Assembly: GCF_963921235.1 (NCBI RefSeq)
Contig: NC_086097.1
Location: 243,786,001 to 243,850,000, forward strand
DNA: 64,000 nucleotides
Direction: 5' to 3'
Origin: Mobula hypostoma
Lineage: Eukaryota
The notes under the pieces are model-generated. The model had not been told where the DNA came from. It made no database searches and saw nothing but the letters and a program-made list of their open reading frames with translations. Positions 1-12,979 of the stretch are shown here, in pieces. The position numbers and the translations under genes were made by a program. Within the stretch, counting starts at the first letter, position 1. Each line of letters starts with the position of its first letter.

Positions 1-799
1 ACTGAAGAGGGAATAGGCAGAGGCCCTATAAAGAAGGTGAGGGGAGGGTGGGAAGGAGAAGGCTGGTAGGTGCCAGTTGAAAAACCAGTAAGGGGAAAGA
101 TCAAGAGGTGGAGGAGGGGATAGGCAGGAAAGGTAAAAAAAGGAATAGGAGAAAGCATAATGGGTAGTAGAAGGAGGTGGAACCATGAGGGAAGTGTTAG
201 GCAGCTGGGGGAGGGGCAGTGTGAAACTGGGATGGGGGAAGGGAGGGGGAGGGAATTACCAGAAGTTGGAGAATTCAATGTTCGACCCTTCTCCTCCTCC
301 TGGACACCCCGCCCGGGTCTTCTACCTGCACTCAATCTCTCCATCTCGAACTGTCGCCAAGACATCAACCGTCTCAACTTCACAACTCCTCTCTGCTGTT
401 CCAACCTCACTCCCTCTGAATGCACTGCCCTCCACTCTCTCCGCACTAATCCCAACCTCACCATCAAACCCTCTGACAAAGGTGGTGCCGTAGTAGTCTG
501 GCGGGCGGACAGACAGCTACCTCACTGGGGCCAAACAGCAGCTCTCTGACACCTCCTCTTACTTACCCCTGGAACAGGACCCCACCAAAAAACGTCAAAC
601 GATTGTCTCCTGTACTATCACCACCCTTTTCAACTCCAGAGACCTTCCATCCTCAGCCACTAAACTCATAATCCCCACACCCCGTACTGCTCGGTTTTAC
701 CTCCTCCCCAAGATCCACAAGCCTGACTGTCCTGGTAGATCCATAGTTTCTGCCTGCTCCTGTTCCACCGAACTTGTATCTGCCTACCTGGACTCCATT

Positions 800-2005
800 T
801 TGTCACCCATAGTTCAGTCTCTCTCCACCTACATCCGGGATACATCCCATGCCCTCCACATCTTCAATAACTTCCAGTTCCCCGGTCCTAACCGCTTCAT
901 TTTCACTATGGATGCCCAGTCTTTATACACCTCCATTCCCCATCTAGAAGGCCTCAATGCCCTCCGCTACTTTCTGGACAATAGACTTCACCAGCTCCCC
1001 ACCAACAGCACTCTCCTCCAGTTGGCGGAACTGGTATTCACACTTAATAACTTCTCTTTTGGCTCTTTCCACTTTCTTCAGACCAAAGGTGTAGCTATGG
1101 GAACTCGCATGGGCCCCAGCTATTCCTGCCTCTTCGTTGGTTATGTGGAACAGTCTATGCTGCAAACCTATACTGGTACTGCTCCCCAACTTTTCCTTTG
1201 TTACATTGACGACTACATTGGTGCTGCTTCCTGCACCCATGCTGAGCTCGTCAATTTCATCGACTTTACTTCAAACTTCCACCCAGCCCTCAAATTCACT
1301 GGGTCTATCTCGGACATTTCTCTCCCCTTTCTCAATCTCTTGGTCTCTATCTCTGGAGACAGACTGTCCACTGACATCATTTATAAGCCCACTGACACTC
1401 ATAACTACTTCAACTATACCTCTTCCCACCCTGCAACATGCAAAAATGCCGGTCCCTATTCCCAGTTCCTCTGTCTCCGCCGCATCTGTTCCCAGGATGA
1501 GGCTTTCCATTCCAGGACATCTCAAATGTGCTCTTTCTTTAAGGATTGTGGTCTCCATTCTACGGTGATCAGTGATGCCCTCACCCGCATCTCCTCCATT
1601 TCCCGCACTTCAGCCCTCACCCCATCCTCCCGCCACCACAACAGTGACGGAGTTCCCCTTGTCCTCACCTACCACCTCACCAGCCTCCCGATCCAGCACA
1701 TTATCCTCCGCAACTTCTGCCACCTTCTACAGGACTCCACCACTAAGCACATCTTTCCCTCTCCACCCCTCGCCGCCTTCCACAGGGATCGGTCCCTCCG
1801 CGACTCCGTGATCCACACGTCCCTCCCCACGGATCTCCCACCTGGCACTTATCCCTGTAAGCGTAAGTGCTACCCCTGTCCCTACACCTCCCCTCTTGCC
1901 ACCATTCAGGGCCCCAAACAGTCCTTCCAGGTGAGGCAACACTTCACTTGTTGGAGTCATCTATTGCATCCGGTGCTCCCGGTGCGGCCTCCTCTACATC
2001 AGTGA
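800..2005 (+). pseudogene. PLE reverse transcriptase ORF fragment
   Basis: RT motifs as above; the reading frame is broken upstream (283-800) and in the endonuclease region. Confidence 0.9.
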
Positions 2006-2455
2006 AACCCGACGCAGATTGGGGGACCGCTTCGTAGAGCACCTCCGCTCCATCTGCCACAACAGACAGGATCTACCGGTAGCCACCCATTTCCACTCTG
2101 CTACTGCCATGATGAGGTTGGAGGAGCAACACCTCATATACCATCTGGGTAGTCTCCAGCCCCTTGGTATGAATATTGAGTTCTCCAACTTCCGGTAATT
2201 CCCTCCCCCTCCCTTCCCCTATCCCTATTTCATTCTGCCCCCTCCCCCAGCTGCCTATCACCTCCCTCATGGTTCCGCCTCCTTCATTGTGCTTTCCCCT
2301 ATTCCTTCTTCATCTTTCCCGCCTATCACCTCCCTGCCTCCCCTCCCCCACGCCTTTGTCTTTCCCCTTACTGGTTTTTCACCTGGAACCTACCAGCCTT
2401 CTCCTTCCCACCCTCCCCCCGACCTTCTTTATAGGGCCTCTGCCCCTTCCCTCTA

Positions 2456-2493
2456 CAGTCCTGACGAAGGGTTCCGGCCCGAAACATTGACTG
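2456..2493 (+). ncRNA. Minimal hammerhead ribozyme motif in pLTR (cleavage triplet decayed to ATT)
   Basis: CAGTC-CTGACGA-A-GGG-TTCCGG-CCC-GAAA-C-ATT-GACTG; stem I CAGTC/GACTG, stem II GGG/CCC. Confidence 0.75.
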
Positions 2494-2649
2494 ATCTTTT
2501 CCACGGATGCTGCCCGACCTGCTGAGTTCCTCCAGCGTGTTGTGCGTGTTTCAAGTGAGCTATTATTGTTCGTTGATTATACTCAAAACCGTTTCGCTGT
2601 CAATTTTTAATCAGCTGTTTTAGCAAAACCTCTGACCGAAGATTTTAGA

Positions 2650-2985
2650 GACAGGAGGGTTTAGACGTGGTAAATGCAAGCGGGCTTTTGCCACTGAGGT
2701 TGGGTGGGACTACAACTAGAGGTCATGGGTCAAGGTTGAAAGGTGAAGAGTTTAAGGGGAAACATGAGGAGCAACTTCTTCACTGAGAGGGTTGTGACGG
2801 TGTGGAACGAGCTGCCAGTGCAAGTGGTGCATGTGAGCTCGACTTCAACGTTTAAGAGAAGTTTGGATCGGTATGTGGATGGTCGGGGTATGAAGGGCTT
2901 TGGTCCGGGTGCAGGGCGATGGAGCTAGGCAGTTTAAATGGTTGAAGGGCCTGTTTCTATGCTGTGTTTTTCTGTGACCCTAGGA
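2650..2985 (+). mobile_element. CR1 LINE 3' fragment
   Basis: RGNMRSNFFTERVVTVWNELP...FKRSLDRY C-terminus, followed by the gggcctgtttctatgctgt 3' UTR. Confidence 0.85.
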
Positions 2986-3034
2986 CAATTTATTGACAAA
3001 TTTCAACAAATTTAGACACCACTGCTGGACTTTT

Positions 3035-4455
3035 AGCTGATACCAGGATGAAGGAACATATCATCCCCATCCTAGCTATCCTGTATTGGATTCCTATATC
3101 TTTTAGAATTGATCTTAAACTCATACAGATTGGGAGAATGGGCAAAGAAGCAGCAGATTTAATATAGTGTAGCGAAGTGTGGAGTCATGCACTTTGGCAG
3201 AAGGATTGAAGGGGACAAGATTCAAAAATCGGAGATGCAAAGCAACATGTGTGCCCTCGTGCAGGATTTCCTGAACATTAACTTGCAGGGTGAGTCAGTG
3301 GTGAGAAAGGCAGTTGCAATCTTAGCATTCATTTCAAGAGGTCTAGAATAACATAAGACCATAGGATATAGGAGCCGAATTGTCTAATACACAATCCCCA
3401 GTGCTTTATAAAGCCTTGGCATTACATCCCTGGTCTTGTATTCTCGACCTCTTGAAATGAATGCTAACCTCGCATTTGCTTCTCTCACCACTGACTCAAT
3501 CTGCAAGTTAACCTGTAGGGTGCTCTGCACAAGGAGTCCCAAGTCCCTTTGCATCTCAGATACAAGATCAGGGATGCAGAGGCTTTATAAGATATAGGTC
3601 AGAGCAGTTTTGGGCCCTTTATTTAAGAAATGATGCACTGGCTTTGGAGAGGGTACACAGGAGGTTCATGAGAATGATTCTGGGAATGAAAGGATTAACA
3701 TATGAGGAGTGTTTTGTGGCTCTCGGCCTGTACTCACTGGAGTTTAGAAGAATGAGAGGTGAGTTGATTGAAACCTATTGAATGTTGAAGGTCTGGAGGA
3801 CTTTTCTTATAGTGAGTGAGTCTAGGACCAGAGGGCACAGCCACAAAATAGAGAGACATCCATTTAGAACAGAGATGAGGAGGAATTCATTGTCACAGGT
3901 GGCTGTTGAGGCCAAGTCATTGAGTATACTTAAAGCAGAGGTTGACAGGTTCTTGATTAGTAAGAGCGTCAAAGGTTACGAGGAGAAGGCAGGAGAATGT
4001 GATTGAGAGGTTATAATAAATCAGCCATAATGGAACGGTGGAGCATAATTGATGGGCTGAATGGCCTAATTCTGCTTCTATCTCTTATGGTCATATGGAT
4101 CTATGGTCTAAAGTTCCCCTACTTGTTTTTAAAGCTCTCAATGTTCTGGGACTGGAGTGTTTCACAGAATAGACTTTGTTTTATAATCCTGCTAGGGCTC
4201 TAACAGCTTCCTCCACTGGTTTCTCCCTCAGAAGAAAATTGGCAAATCTGTGTTTTTGAACTGCCTCCTAAACTGTGAAATCCAATACTTAAAACTACAA
4301 TGGGTGCAGACCCAGCTGACAATTTTAAACACCATTTCAAAACCTATTTATTTAACCTTGCTTTTAACTAACATCTTCTTGTCTTTTATTTTCATGTTTG
4401 CATTTTATCCCATTCTAAAGCACATCATCTGTATGAAAAGTGCTCTGGAAATAGG
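3035..4455 (+). mobile_element. L2 LINE 3' remnant (~3035-3122 and ~4110-4455) interrupted by CR1 fragments (~3125-4108)
   Basis: HIIPILAILYWIPISFRIDLK resembles the L2 HITPxLxxLHWLP motif and resumes after 4110 with LLVFKAL. The insert encodes CR1 GLYSLEFRRMRG and RTRGHS and ends in a (atggtct)n tail. Confidence 0.7.
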
Positions 4456-6620
4456 TTATTATTGTTATTGTATTTTTTTATTTTCGCTCAGCTCAGGAGG
4501 TAAAACCTGAGTTACGGGCTTAGCCAAACACACTCATTTCTCAATTGCCAGCAACTTTCGAACAATTCTAGTGGCTTTCTAAAGATTTATATAAATTTTG
4601 CAGTGTAGCCCTAATTGTTTAATGCAATTGTGTACTGACTTTGGGATGATACCAGTTGTAGATAGTACTATTGGGACAAAGTATACTCTTTTCCATGAGG
4701 TTCCTCAAGGTTATCATAGCCATGAGTGGTAGTGTGGATAAGTTCCCTCTACCTATTAAATGCTCCCAATGGCGTGTACCTCTGTCAGCCAAGTCCAGCT
4801 CCTGGCTTTCACATGTGGCTTAGCTACTAAGCCCAACGGAACTGTTTCTACTGACAGGAGAGGGGGAAAAAGTGGGTTACTGGTGCCTCATAACCGGTCA
4901 CCTTGGACAGATGGAGCTTGTCATCTGTGGTTGGCAGCTCATCTGGGAGAAGAGGAAACTCTGATCTCAAACCTCTGCTGCCTTGCGGTTATACCCACTC
5001 ATGGGGAAGGCTCCGGGAGTAAACCCCAAAGGAAAAGTCCGGAGCTGGAGGTCCTGACGCAAACCTACGTTAAGTTCAACACTGACTAGCAACTCCTGTG
5101 ACACTGCTGGTGCCAAACTGTATCAGTCTCTGCCGTTCCTCTGGGTTCATGGAGAGAGGGAGCCTGCTACATGGGCAACAGCTCGCTCCCCATATCATAC
5201 TGCCTAGCTTCACGTATCTAGACAGCTCAGACACAATATCCATGATCAACTCTGACTCATCATACCCTCAGTAGGTTGTCCTATCTGTATTAATGGATTG
5301 GTCATAATATAGTTTGTTGCACTCTGACTCTAAAACTGGATCAGGTTTGTATTTACAGTAAGGAGTGTTGTATTTTATGAGTTTGTATTTTAAAGCAAGA
5401 TTTTGGTGAATGATGTTTGCCACTTGATTTTGCCGGTATTATTTATTTATTTTTGTATTTGTACAGCTTGTTGCTCTCTAGTTGAACGCTCAAGTGGGTG
5501 TGATCTTTCATTGATTCTGTAATGGTTATTATTCTCTTATGGATTTATTGAGTTTGCCTGCAAGAAAATAAATCTCAAGGTTGTATATGGTGGCATGTAC
5601 ATACTTTGATAATAAATTTACTTTGAATTTTGAACTTTGAAGTAATCAGATTGAGATAAACTGCTGCAGGGTCCGGTAATGTGTTGGATTGTTTTTGGCT
5701 TCTCTCGGCATTTTCTGCACTTACTGTCTTAAATTTGTTGGCCCTTTTTTAAGTATTTCTGAGATTTTGTTTATGTTAACCAACTGGTCCAGTATTTCCA
5801 CAAGAAACCCTTCTGTTTCTAGGAAGAAGTCATCAACTTTAAGCCAAAGGTTCAACACTTCCTTGCCGATATCTAGTCTGCTCAGATCTTAGGGAGGGTC
5901 GTGCTCTTCCATTGGTTAACTTTTTCTTCTACAGTGACAATCTCTTCATTTTTCTGGGTTGTGCCTTCATTTAAGTTTTGTGGTGTGTACTTCTTATCAG
6001 AAATGCATATGCTCCCATGGAGTGCGGAATGCTGTTTATGTTGTTGAAAATACATTCTACGAAGTCTTATCAGACTGTTGTATAATTTGCTTATGTGTGT
6101 TATTCCTCTTCCTCCTTCTGTCCTAGGTAGTGTTAATCTAAGCACTTTCGCATATACATAATGTTTTCTGAAATTTGTTATTTCTGTTCTCATTTTTCTT
6201 TGTAAATCTTCCAGATCAATTTTGGACCAGCATATTATGCCAAAAGAATACATTAATATAAGTATAACGAAAGTGTTTATTGCCTTTGTTATTTGTTTAC
6301 TATTGAGCTCTGTTTGATAGGTTTTCTTAAGCCTTGAGGTAAGTTGTCAAAAGTTTTCCTTTTATCATACCGTGATCTATTTTCTTTGTGGGTTGATATC
6401 TCAGATGCTTGTATGATTCATATTCATCCATCAGTTGTATTGTACCCTGCTGCTCTGTTTCATACTCTGCGAGCTCTATTGAACCCTTCTTGATGTTCAA
6501 GGTTCTGCACTTAATCTAGTCCAAAGTTCGTGTTTATATCTTTAGAAAATAGTTCTACTATTTGAATTAATTGTTTTATCTTCACTGATGAAGGAGTGTA
6601 TATTATTATTAATAATAATA
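4455..6620 (-). mobile_element. R4/Dong-clade non-LTR retrotransposon, decayed, with nested insertions
   Basis: ORF 5882-6253 (YSFGIICWSKIDLEDLQRK...RLTLPRTEGGRGI); CCHC knuckle KCRKCREKPKTIQHITGPC at ~5660-5730; poly(A)/(TAA)-like 3' end at ~4457-4483; (TAA)n/(TTA)n at ~6600-6622. Confidence 0.8.
4720..5260 (+). repeat. Non-autonomous interspersed repeat; second copy inverted at ~37290-37880
   Basis: Shared blocks such as ctacctattaaatgctcccaatggcgtg, ggcttagctactaagcc, gggagtaaaccc and atccatgatcaactctgac. Confidence 0.65.
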
Positions 6621-6966
6621 ATATCTCCAATCCTCATGCATGGAGTGATGTAATTGTAACTTCATGCATGGCAAAGAATTTTACAGAGAGCGTTAATCCC
6701 TGACAAAGGAAGTCTTGAGCTGTCTGCTCACCACTGCCACTCGCTGTTAAACCATACAGTATTTTGACACGGTTGTCAAATACAGTTATTTTTATACACT
6801 CTAACCGGTCCACAACAGATCATCATTTACAGCTGGACTAGCTCGTTATTGTTCTGCTTAAAAATGTGATGCTTTTCATCCGAAGTACAAATAATATAAT
6901 AAATCTGTCGTGAGTGAGGATTTGAGTACTCTTTCTCACTGATAGTGCCAGAGTATTTCCATCTGC

Positions 6967-7652
6967 CCATGATAAAATGGCGGAGCACACTTGATGGGCC
7001 GAATGGCCGACTTCTGCTCCTTTGTCTTATGGTCTTATGATCATGGGTGATCCTGAATTCCACTCAACCCCATACAACTGCCTTCTCGGCATAACCTTTG
7101 ATGCCCTGACCAATCAGGAAACTATCAATTATTCTTTAAATATACTCACGGTCTTGGCTTCCACTGCAGTCTGTGGCAGAGCATTCCACGGATTCACTGC
7201 TCTCTGACTAAAAAGATTCCTCCTTACTCTGTTCTAAAGGGTTGCCCCTCAATTTTGAGGCTGTGCCCTTTAGTTCTAGATACCCCCACCATTGGAAACA
7301 TCCTCTCCACATCCACCTTATCTAGTCTTTTCAACATTCAGTAGGTTTCAATGAGATCCCCACACATTCTTCTAAATTCCAATGAGTACAGGCCCAAAGC
7401 TGCCAAATGTTCCTCATATGTTAGCCCCTTAATTCCTGGAATCATCCTTGTGAACCTCCTCTGGAATCTCTCCAATGACAACACATCCTTTCTGAGATAT
7501 GGGGCCCAAATCCGTTGACAATACTCCAAGTGCGGCCTGACTAGTGTCTTATAAAGCCTCAGCATTATCTCCTTGCTTTTATATTCTATTCCCCTTGAGA
7601 TAAATGCTGACATTGCATTTGCAGCCTTCACCACAGACTCAACCTGTAAATT
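6967..7652 (-). mobile_element. CR1 3' fragment (minus, ~7040-7652) abutting a short plus-strand CR1 tail
   Basis: ORF 7338-7667: LYKTLVRPHLEYC...GLYSLEFRRM. Confidence 0.85.
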
Positions 7653-7860
7653 AAGGAGGAAGATCACCAGAGAAAAGTGCTGGTCAGGTTAGGAGAAGAA
7701 GAAGTATGAGAGAGGAAACCTCATCATCTGAGTAGCCTCCAACATGATGGCATAAACATCGATTTCTCTGGCTTTAGGTGATTTCTTCCCATTTCCCCTT
7801 CAGAGGCAAATAAGATATTTCCCTGAGGTTGTGAAATAAAGTGGCCTCTGAGGGTATGTT

Positions 7861-8202
7861 TGTGGTCTTCTGCTGCTGTAGCCCATCCACTTCAAGGTTT
7901 GATATGTGGTGCATTCAGAGAATCTCGTCTGCACAATGCTGCTGTAACGTGTGGCTGTTTGAGTTACTATCACCTTCTAGTCAGTTTGAACCAGTCTGGC
8001 CATTCTCCTCTGACCCCTCTCATTGACAAGGTGTTTTTGCCCACAGAACTGCCACTCATTGGATGTTTTGCTGTTTCTCACACCATTATCAGTAAACCCT
8101 GGAGACTGCTGTGTGTGATAATCCCAGGAGATCAGCAATTTCTGAGATACTCAAACTACCCCATCTGGCACCAACAATCATTTTACAATCAAAGTCATTT
8201 AG
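7861..8202 (-). mobile_element. Tc1-like DNA transposon remnant (N-terminal DNA-binding region of the transposase)
   Basis: The minus strand reads, with frameshifts, MIVGARWGSLSISEIADLLG...RGQRRMARLVQ...TLKWMGYSSRRP, as in fish Tc1 transposases. Confidence 0.8.
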
Positions 8203-8204
8203 AT

Positions 8205-9000
8205 AATGAACGAATGAGTGTTTGACTCCCCCACTCTGGGAAAAAGACTGTAACCATCCACCTTACCTATACCCCTTATAGTTTTATACGCTCTGAAAGT
8301 CCCCATCAACCTCCTACTCACCAGGGAATAAAGCCAGATAATATATAGTTTCTGATTACTACCCATGTCCTCCGGTCCGAGTGACATCTTTTCACCTCCT
8401 CCATCTTAGAGTCATGGAGCACTACGGCACAGAAATAGACCGTCCAGCCCATCCAGTCTGTGTTGAACTGTTATTCTGCCTAGTTCTATCAACCTGCACG
8501 TGGACCATAGTCACCACACCCCTCCCGTCCATGAACTTATCCAAACTTCTCTTAAACGTTTCAATTGAACCCACCTCCTCCACTTCTGCTGGCAGCTCGT
8601 TCCACATGCTCAACACCCTCTAAATTAAGATGTTCTCCCTCAAGTTCTCCTTAACTGTTTCACCTTTCACCCTAAACCTCGAGTTCTATTCTCACACAAC
8701 CTCAGTGGAAAAAGCCTGCTTGTATTTACCATATCTATACTCCTCATAAGTTTATATAACTCTTTCAAATCTCACATATTCTCCTATGTCCAGGGAATAA
8801 AATCATAACCTTTCCCTATTACTCAGATTCTCAAGTCCTGGCGACATCCTTGTAAATTTTTTTCTGCACTCTTTAAATCTTATTGACAATAAAGTATAAA
8901 GTATTTCCTGTAGGTAGGTGACCAGAGCTTCACACCAACATCTGGCCTCACCAATATCTTATACAACTTTAACATAACACCCCAACTCCAATTCTCAATA
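8205..9000 (-). mobile_element. CR1 fragments
   Basis: MWNELPAEVEEVGSIETFKRSLDKFM and upstream ORF2 remnants. Confidence 0.75.
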
Positions 9001-10179
9001 GACTTTTAATTAAACCGCTAGACTTTTAACTAAAACCACAATAAGGGGACGTATCACTCCTGTCCTAGCTACTCTGTATTAGCTTCCTGTATCTTTTAGA
9101 ATTGATTTTAAAGTTTTCTTACCGCTGTTTAAAGCTGTAAGTGATCCGGGACTGGAGTTCATCACAGAATCGGTTTGTTCTACCACATTCTTCAACTTGG
9201 ACGACGTTCAGGTAACACAAGTTGATGAATATTACTTGCCACTTGCTTGCCCTCTACATTCAATAGAATTACAATCATCAGATCTTCTCATATCACAGAG
9301 GTATCATGAGATCTAATCTTCATTAGACTAAGTGTACAATGATTCTGATTACTAGGTCAGGTCAGATGTTACCTCTTCTGCAACCAGTCCCCCCTCTCAT
9401 CAGTTTAAAACATTTCTATCAACCAAGTAGCATTGGTCTGACATTTCTTCAAAAGACGATGCCTCAAAAAGGCGGCATCCGTCATTAAGGACCTCCACCG
9501 CTCAGGACACACCCTCTTCTCATTACTGCCATCGGAGGTTTTATATAGAAAACAGAACATTCTATGGCCCACAGTGTTTTGCCAATGTTATTCCTACTCT
9601 AATATCAATCTAACCCTTTCCTTCAACATAATCCTCCTTGCAGGAAATTTAAGGTAAGGTGGGCAAAGTTAGAGGAGGGATGAAGGGCAAGTTTTTCAAC
9701 AGACAGGGGTGGTGGATGTGTGGAACAATCTGCTAGAAGAAGTGGTGGAGGTGGGAATAATTTCCAAGTCTCAAAGACATTTGGACAGCTACATGGATCG
9801 GAAATGTTCCGTCCATCTCCAGTAAAATCTCGATAAATGGGATCATGTCAGGTGGCCAACTTGGTTGGCAAGAATGGGTTGCATCCAAGGCCTGCTTCCA
9901 TGCTCTTTATGACTTAACGTAGCTACATCTAACTTCATACTGAACTTAACTAAAATATAAACATTTTCAATTTTTAGTTTCATTAACAGGTTTTATTGAA
10001 GAATATCTATTTATACTTTTCTTCTTGTAGATATAACCCTTGTATTTTTAGAATTAAGCAAGAAGATGTGTTGCATAAAATATTACAAGATGAGTAATGC
10101 AAAAATATTCTGCCACTAATATGACTAAAAATTATATCTAAGAGTGATGACTCTCTAGTAAATGAAAGTTGATTATGTT

Positions 10180-10395
10180 CTCAGCAGGTCAGGCAGCATC
10201 TATGGAAATGGATAAACAGTCGATGTTTTGGGCCGAAAATCTTCATCAGGTTGCGTAAGTCCTGAGGAAGGGTCTCAGCCCCTAAACGTTGACGGCTTAT
10301 TCCCCTCTATAGATGCTGCCTGACCTGCTGAATTCCTCCAGCATTTTGTGTGTGTTGCCCTGGAGTTCCAGCAACTGCAGAACCTCTTGTTTTAA
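10180..10395. repeat. Fold-back pair of PLE pLTR ends, each with a degenerate hammerhead
   Basis: Minus copy 10180-10250 (CTGATGA...AAAA-CATC-GACTG) and plus copy 10258-10395 (CTGAGGA-AGGG...CCC), separated by about 7 bp. Confidence 0.75.
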
Positions 10396-10623
10396 TTATG
10401 ATCTTCTGGAATACGGACTTCGGAAGAATGACAGATGCATTTAGAACACGGGACACAGAACTGTCCAGTACAGCAAGCTTCTTTTGTCCCACCATATAGT
10501 CCTGACCTGTGTAGACCGACTCCTTGCTCAATCCAGCCTTCCAGTCCAAAATGTGCCTGTTGTATCAAGCCTCGGCCACTATCCCCAGTAATGCATTCCA
10601 GGCACCTACCACTCCCTGTCGTC

Positions 10624-10833
10624 GGCCGGTGGTGTAATGGCATCCACACTGGACTACGAGGTGAGTAGTGTCGGGTTTGATTCCGGCCAGTTTCTTGCAC
10701 GCTTTCCATCTGAGCTGGGCTGAGCATCGAGCTAGCAATTAGGCCTCGTAAAAAAAAAAACAGGCAAAAATGCTAATGAAATGGCAAGGTTGCCACCCGA
10801 TGCTCCACGATGTGCGAAAAGGAGCAACAACTA
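10624..10833 (+). mobile_element. tRNA-derived SINE with (AAC)n tail; second copy at ~39560-39738
   Basis: A-box-like TGGTGTAATGG and B-box-like GGTTTGATTCC; both copies share cgagctagcaa...ggcctcg...aaaaacaggcaaa and an aac-repeat tail. Confidence 0.6.
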
Positions 10834-10946
10834 CTTTCTGTGAAAAAAAAACTTATCTCTGACATCACTCCTAAATTTCCTTCCATTCATCTCTGGTGTT
10901 GGGAATGGCACCACGAGAAAAATGTGCTGAATGTTCACTCTGTCTA

Positions 10947-12978
10947 TAGAAACACAGAAACATAGAAAATAGGTGCAGGAGTAGGCCATTCGGCCCTTTG
11001 AGCCTGCACCGCCATTCAGTATGATCATGGCCGATCATCCAACTCAGAACCCTGTACCAGCCTTCCCTCCATACCCCCTGACCCCTGTAGCCACAAGGGC
11101 CATATCTAACTCCCTCTTAAATATAGCCAATGAACTGGCCTCAACTGTTTCCTGTGGCAGAGAATTCCACAGATTCACCACTCTCTGTGTGAAGAAGTTT
11201 TTCCTAATCTCGGTCCTAAAAGGCTTCCCCTTTATCCTCAAACTGTGACCCCTCGTTCTGGACTTCCCCAACATCGGGAACAATCTTCCTGCATCTAGCC
11301 TGTCCAATCCCTTTAGAGTTTTATGTTTCAATCAGATTCCCCCTCAATCTTCTAAATTCCAACGAGTATAAGCCCAGTTCATCCAGTCTTTCATCATATG
11401 AAAGTCCTGCCTTCCCAGGAATCAATCTGGTGAACCTTCTTTGTACTCCCTCTATGGCAAGGATGTCTTTCCTCAGATTAGGGGACCAAAACTGCACACA
11501 ATACTCCAGGTGTGGTCTCACCAAGGCCTTGTACAACTGCAGTAGTACCTCCCGGCTCCTGTACTCGAATCCTCTTGCTATGAATGCCAGCATAACATTC
11601 ACCTTTTTCACCGCCTGCTGTACCTGCATGCCCATTTTCAATGACTGGTGTATAATGACACCCAAGTCTCGTTGCACCTCCCCTTTTCCTAATCGGCCAC
11701 CATTCAGATAATAATCTGTTTTCCTGTTTTTGCCACCAAAGTGGATAACTTCACATTTATCCACATTAAATTGCATCTGCCATGAATTTGCCCACTCACC
11801 TAACCTATCCAAGTCATCCTGCATCCTCTTAGCATCCTCCTCACAGCTAACACTGCCCCCCAGCTTCGTGTCATCCACTGCCTGCCATTCTGAAAAGGTC
11901 CCATTTATTCCCACTCTTTGCTTCCTGTCTGCCAACCAATTCCCTATCCACATCAATACCTTACCCCCAATACCGTGTGCTTTAAGTTTGCACACTAATT
12001 TCCTGTGTGGGACCTTGTCAAAAGCCTTTTGAAAATCCAAATATACCACATCCACTGGTTCTCCCCTATCCACTCTACTAGTTACATCCTCAAAAAATTC
12101 TGTGAGATTCGTCAGACATGATTTTCCTTTCACAAATCCATGCTGACTTTGTCCAGTGATTTCACCGCTTTCCAAATGTGCTGTTATCACATCTTTGATA
12201 ACTGACTCCAGCAGTTTCCCCACCACCGATGTTAGGCTAAGCGGTCTATAATTCCCCGGTTTCTCTCTCCCTCCTTTTTTAAAAAGTGGAGTTACATTAG
12301 CCACCCTCCAATCCTCAGGAACTAGTCCAGAATCTAAAGAGTTTTGAAAAATTATCACTAATGCATCCACTATTTCTTGGGCTACTTCCTTAAGCACTCT
12401 GGGATGCAGACCATCTGGCCCTGGGGATTTATCTGCCTTCAATCCCTTGAATTTACCTAACACCACTTCCCCACTAAAATGTATTTTCCTCAGTTCCTCC
12501 ATCTCACTGGACCCTCTGTCCCCTACTATTTCCGGAAGATTATTTATGTCCTCCTTAGTGAAGACAGAACCAAAGTAATTATTCAATTGGTCTGCCATGT
12601 CCTTGCTCCCCATAATCAATTCACCTGTTTCTGTCTGTAGGGGACCTACATTTGTCTTAACCAATCTTTTTCTTTTCACGTATCTATAAAAGCTTTTACA
12701 GTCAGTTTTTATGTTCCCTGCCAGTTTTCTCTCATAATCTTTTTTCCCTTTCCTAATTAAGCCCTCTGCTGAACTCTGAATTTCTCCCACTCCTCAGGTG
12801 AGCCACTTTTTCTGGCTAATTTGTATGCTTCTTCTTTGGAATTGATACTATCCCTAATTTCCCTTGTCAGCCACGGGTGCACTACCTTCCTTGATTTATT
12901 CTTTTGCCAAACTGGGATGAACAATTGTTGTAGTTCATCCATGCGACCTTTAAATGCTTGCCATTGCATATCCACCAT
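10947..12978 (-). mobile_element. CR1 LINE, 5'-truncated, relatively young, with an in-frame deletion in RT
   Basis: ORF 11321-12790 (KSPGPDGLHP, NYRPLSLTS, YLDFQKAFDKVPH, LYKALVRPHLEYC); (CTATGTTT)n tail at ~10947-10968; the GVPQGSVLGP...FA segment is missing at ~11876. Confidence 0.95.
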
Positions 12979-12979
12979 C

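Larger units (their letters stand above)
1..2550 (+). mobile_element. Neptune-type Penelope-like element (RT + Cys linker + GIY-YIG), decayed, with an inverted pLTR copy at 1-~282 and a sense pLTR at ~2197-2550
   Basis: ORF 800-2005 has PLE RT motifs (FTMDAQSLYTSI, QTKGVAMGTRMGPSY, YIDD, YKPTD) and the CKRKCYPC linker. A frameshifted GIY-YIG tail follows. Bases 1-282 are the reverse complement of the 3' pLTR. Confidence 0.93.

Noticed and set aside
1..2550. DNA transposon with long TIRs
   Set aside because: The inverted ends are pLTR copies and the interior encodes RT and GIY-YIG, not a transposase.
6827..6970. Possible host exon (WKYSGTISEKEYSNPHSRQIYYIICTSDEK...)
   Set aside because: No recognisable protein family, weak splice signals, and the upstream part is a CR1 tail.
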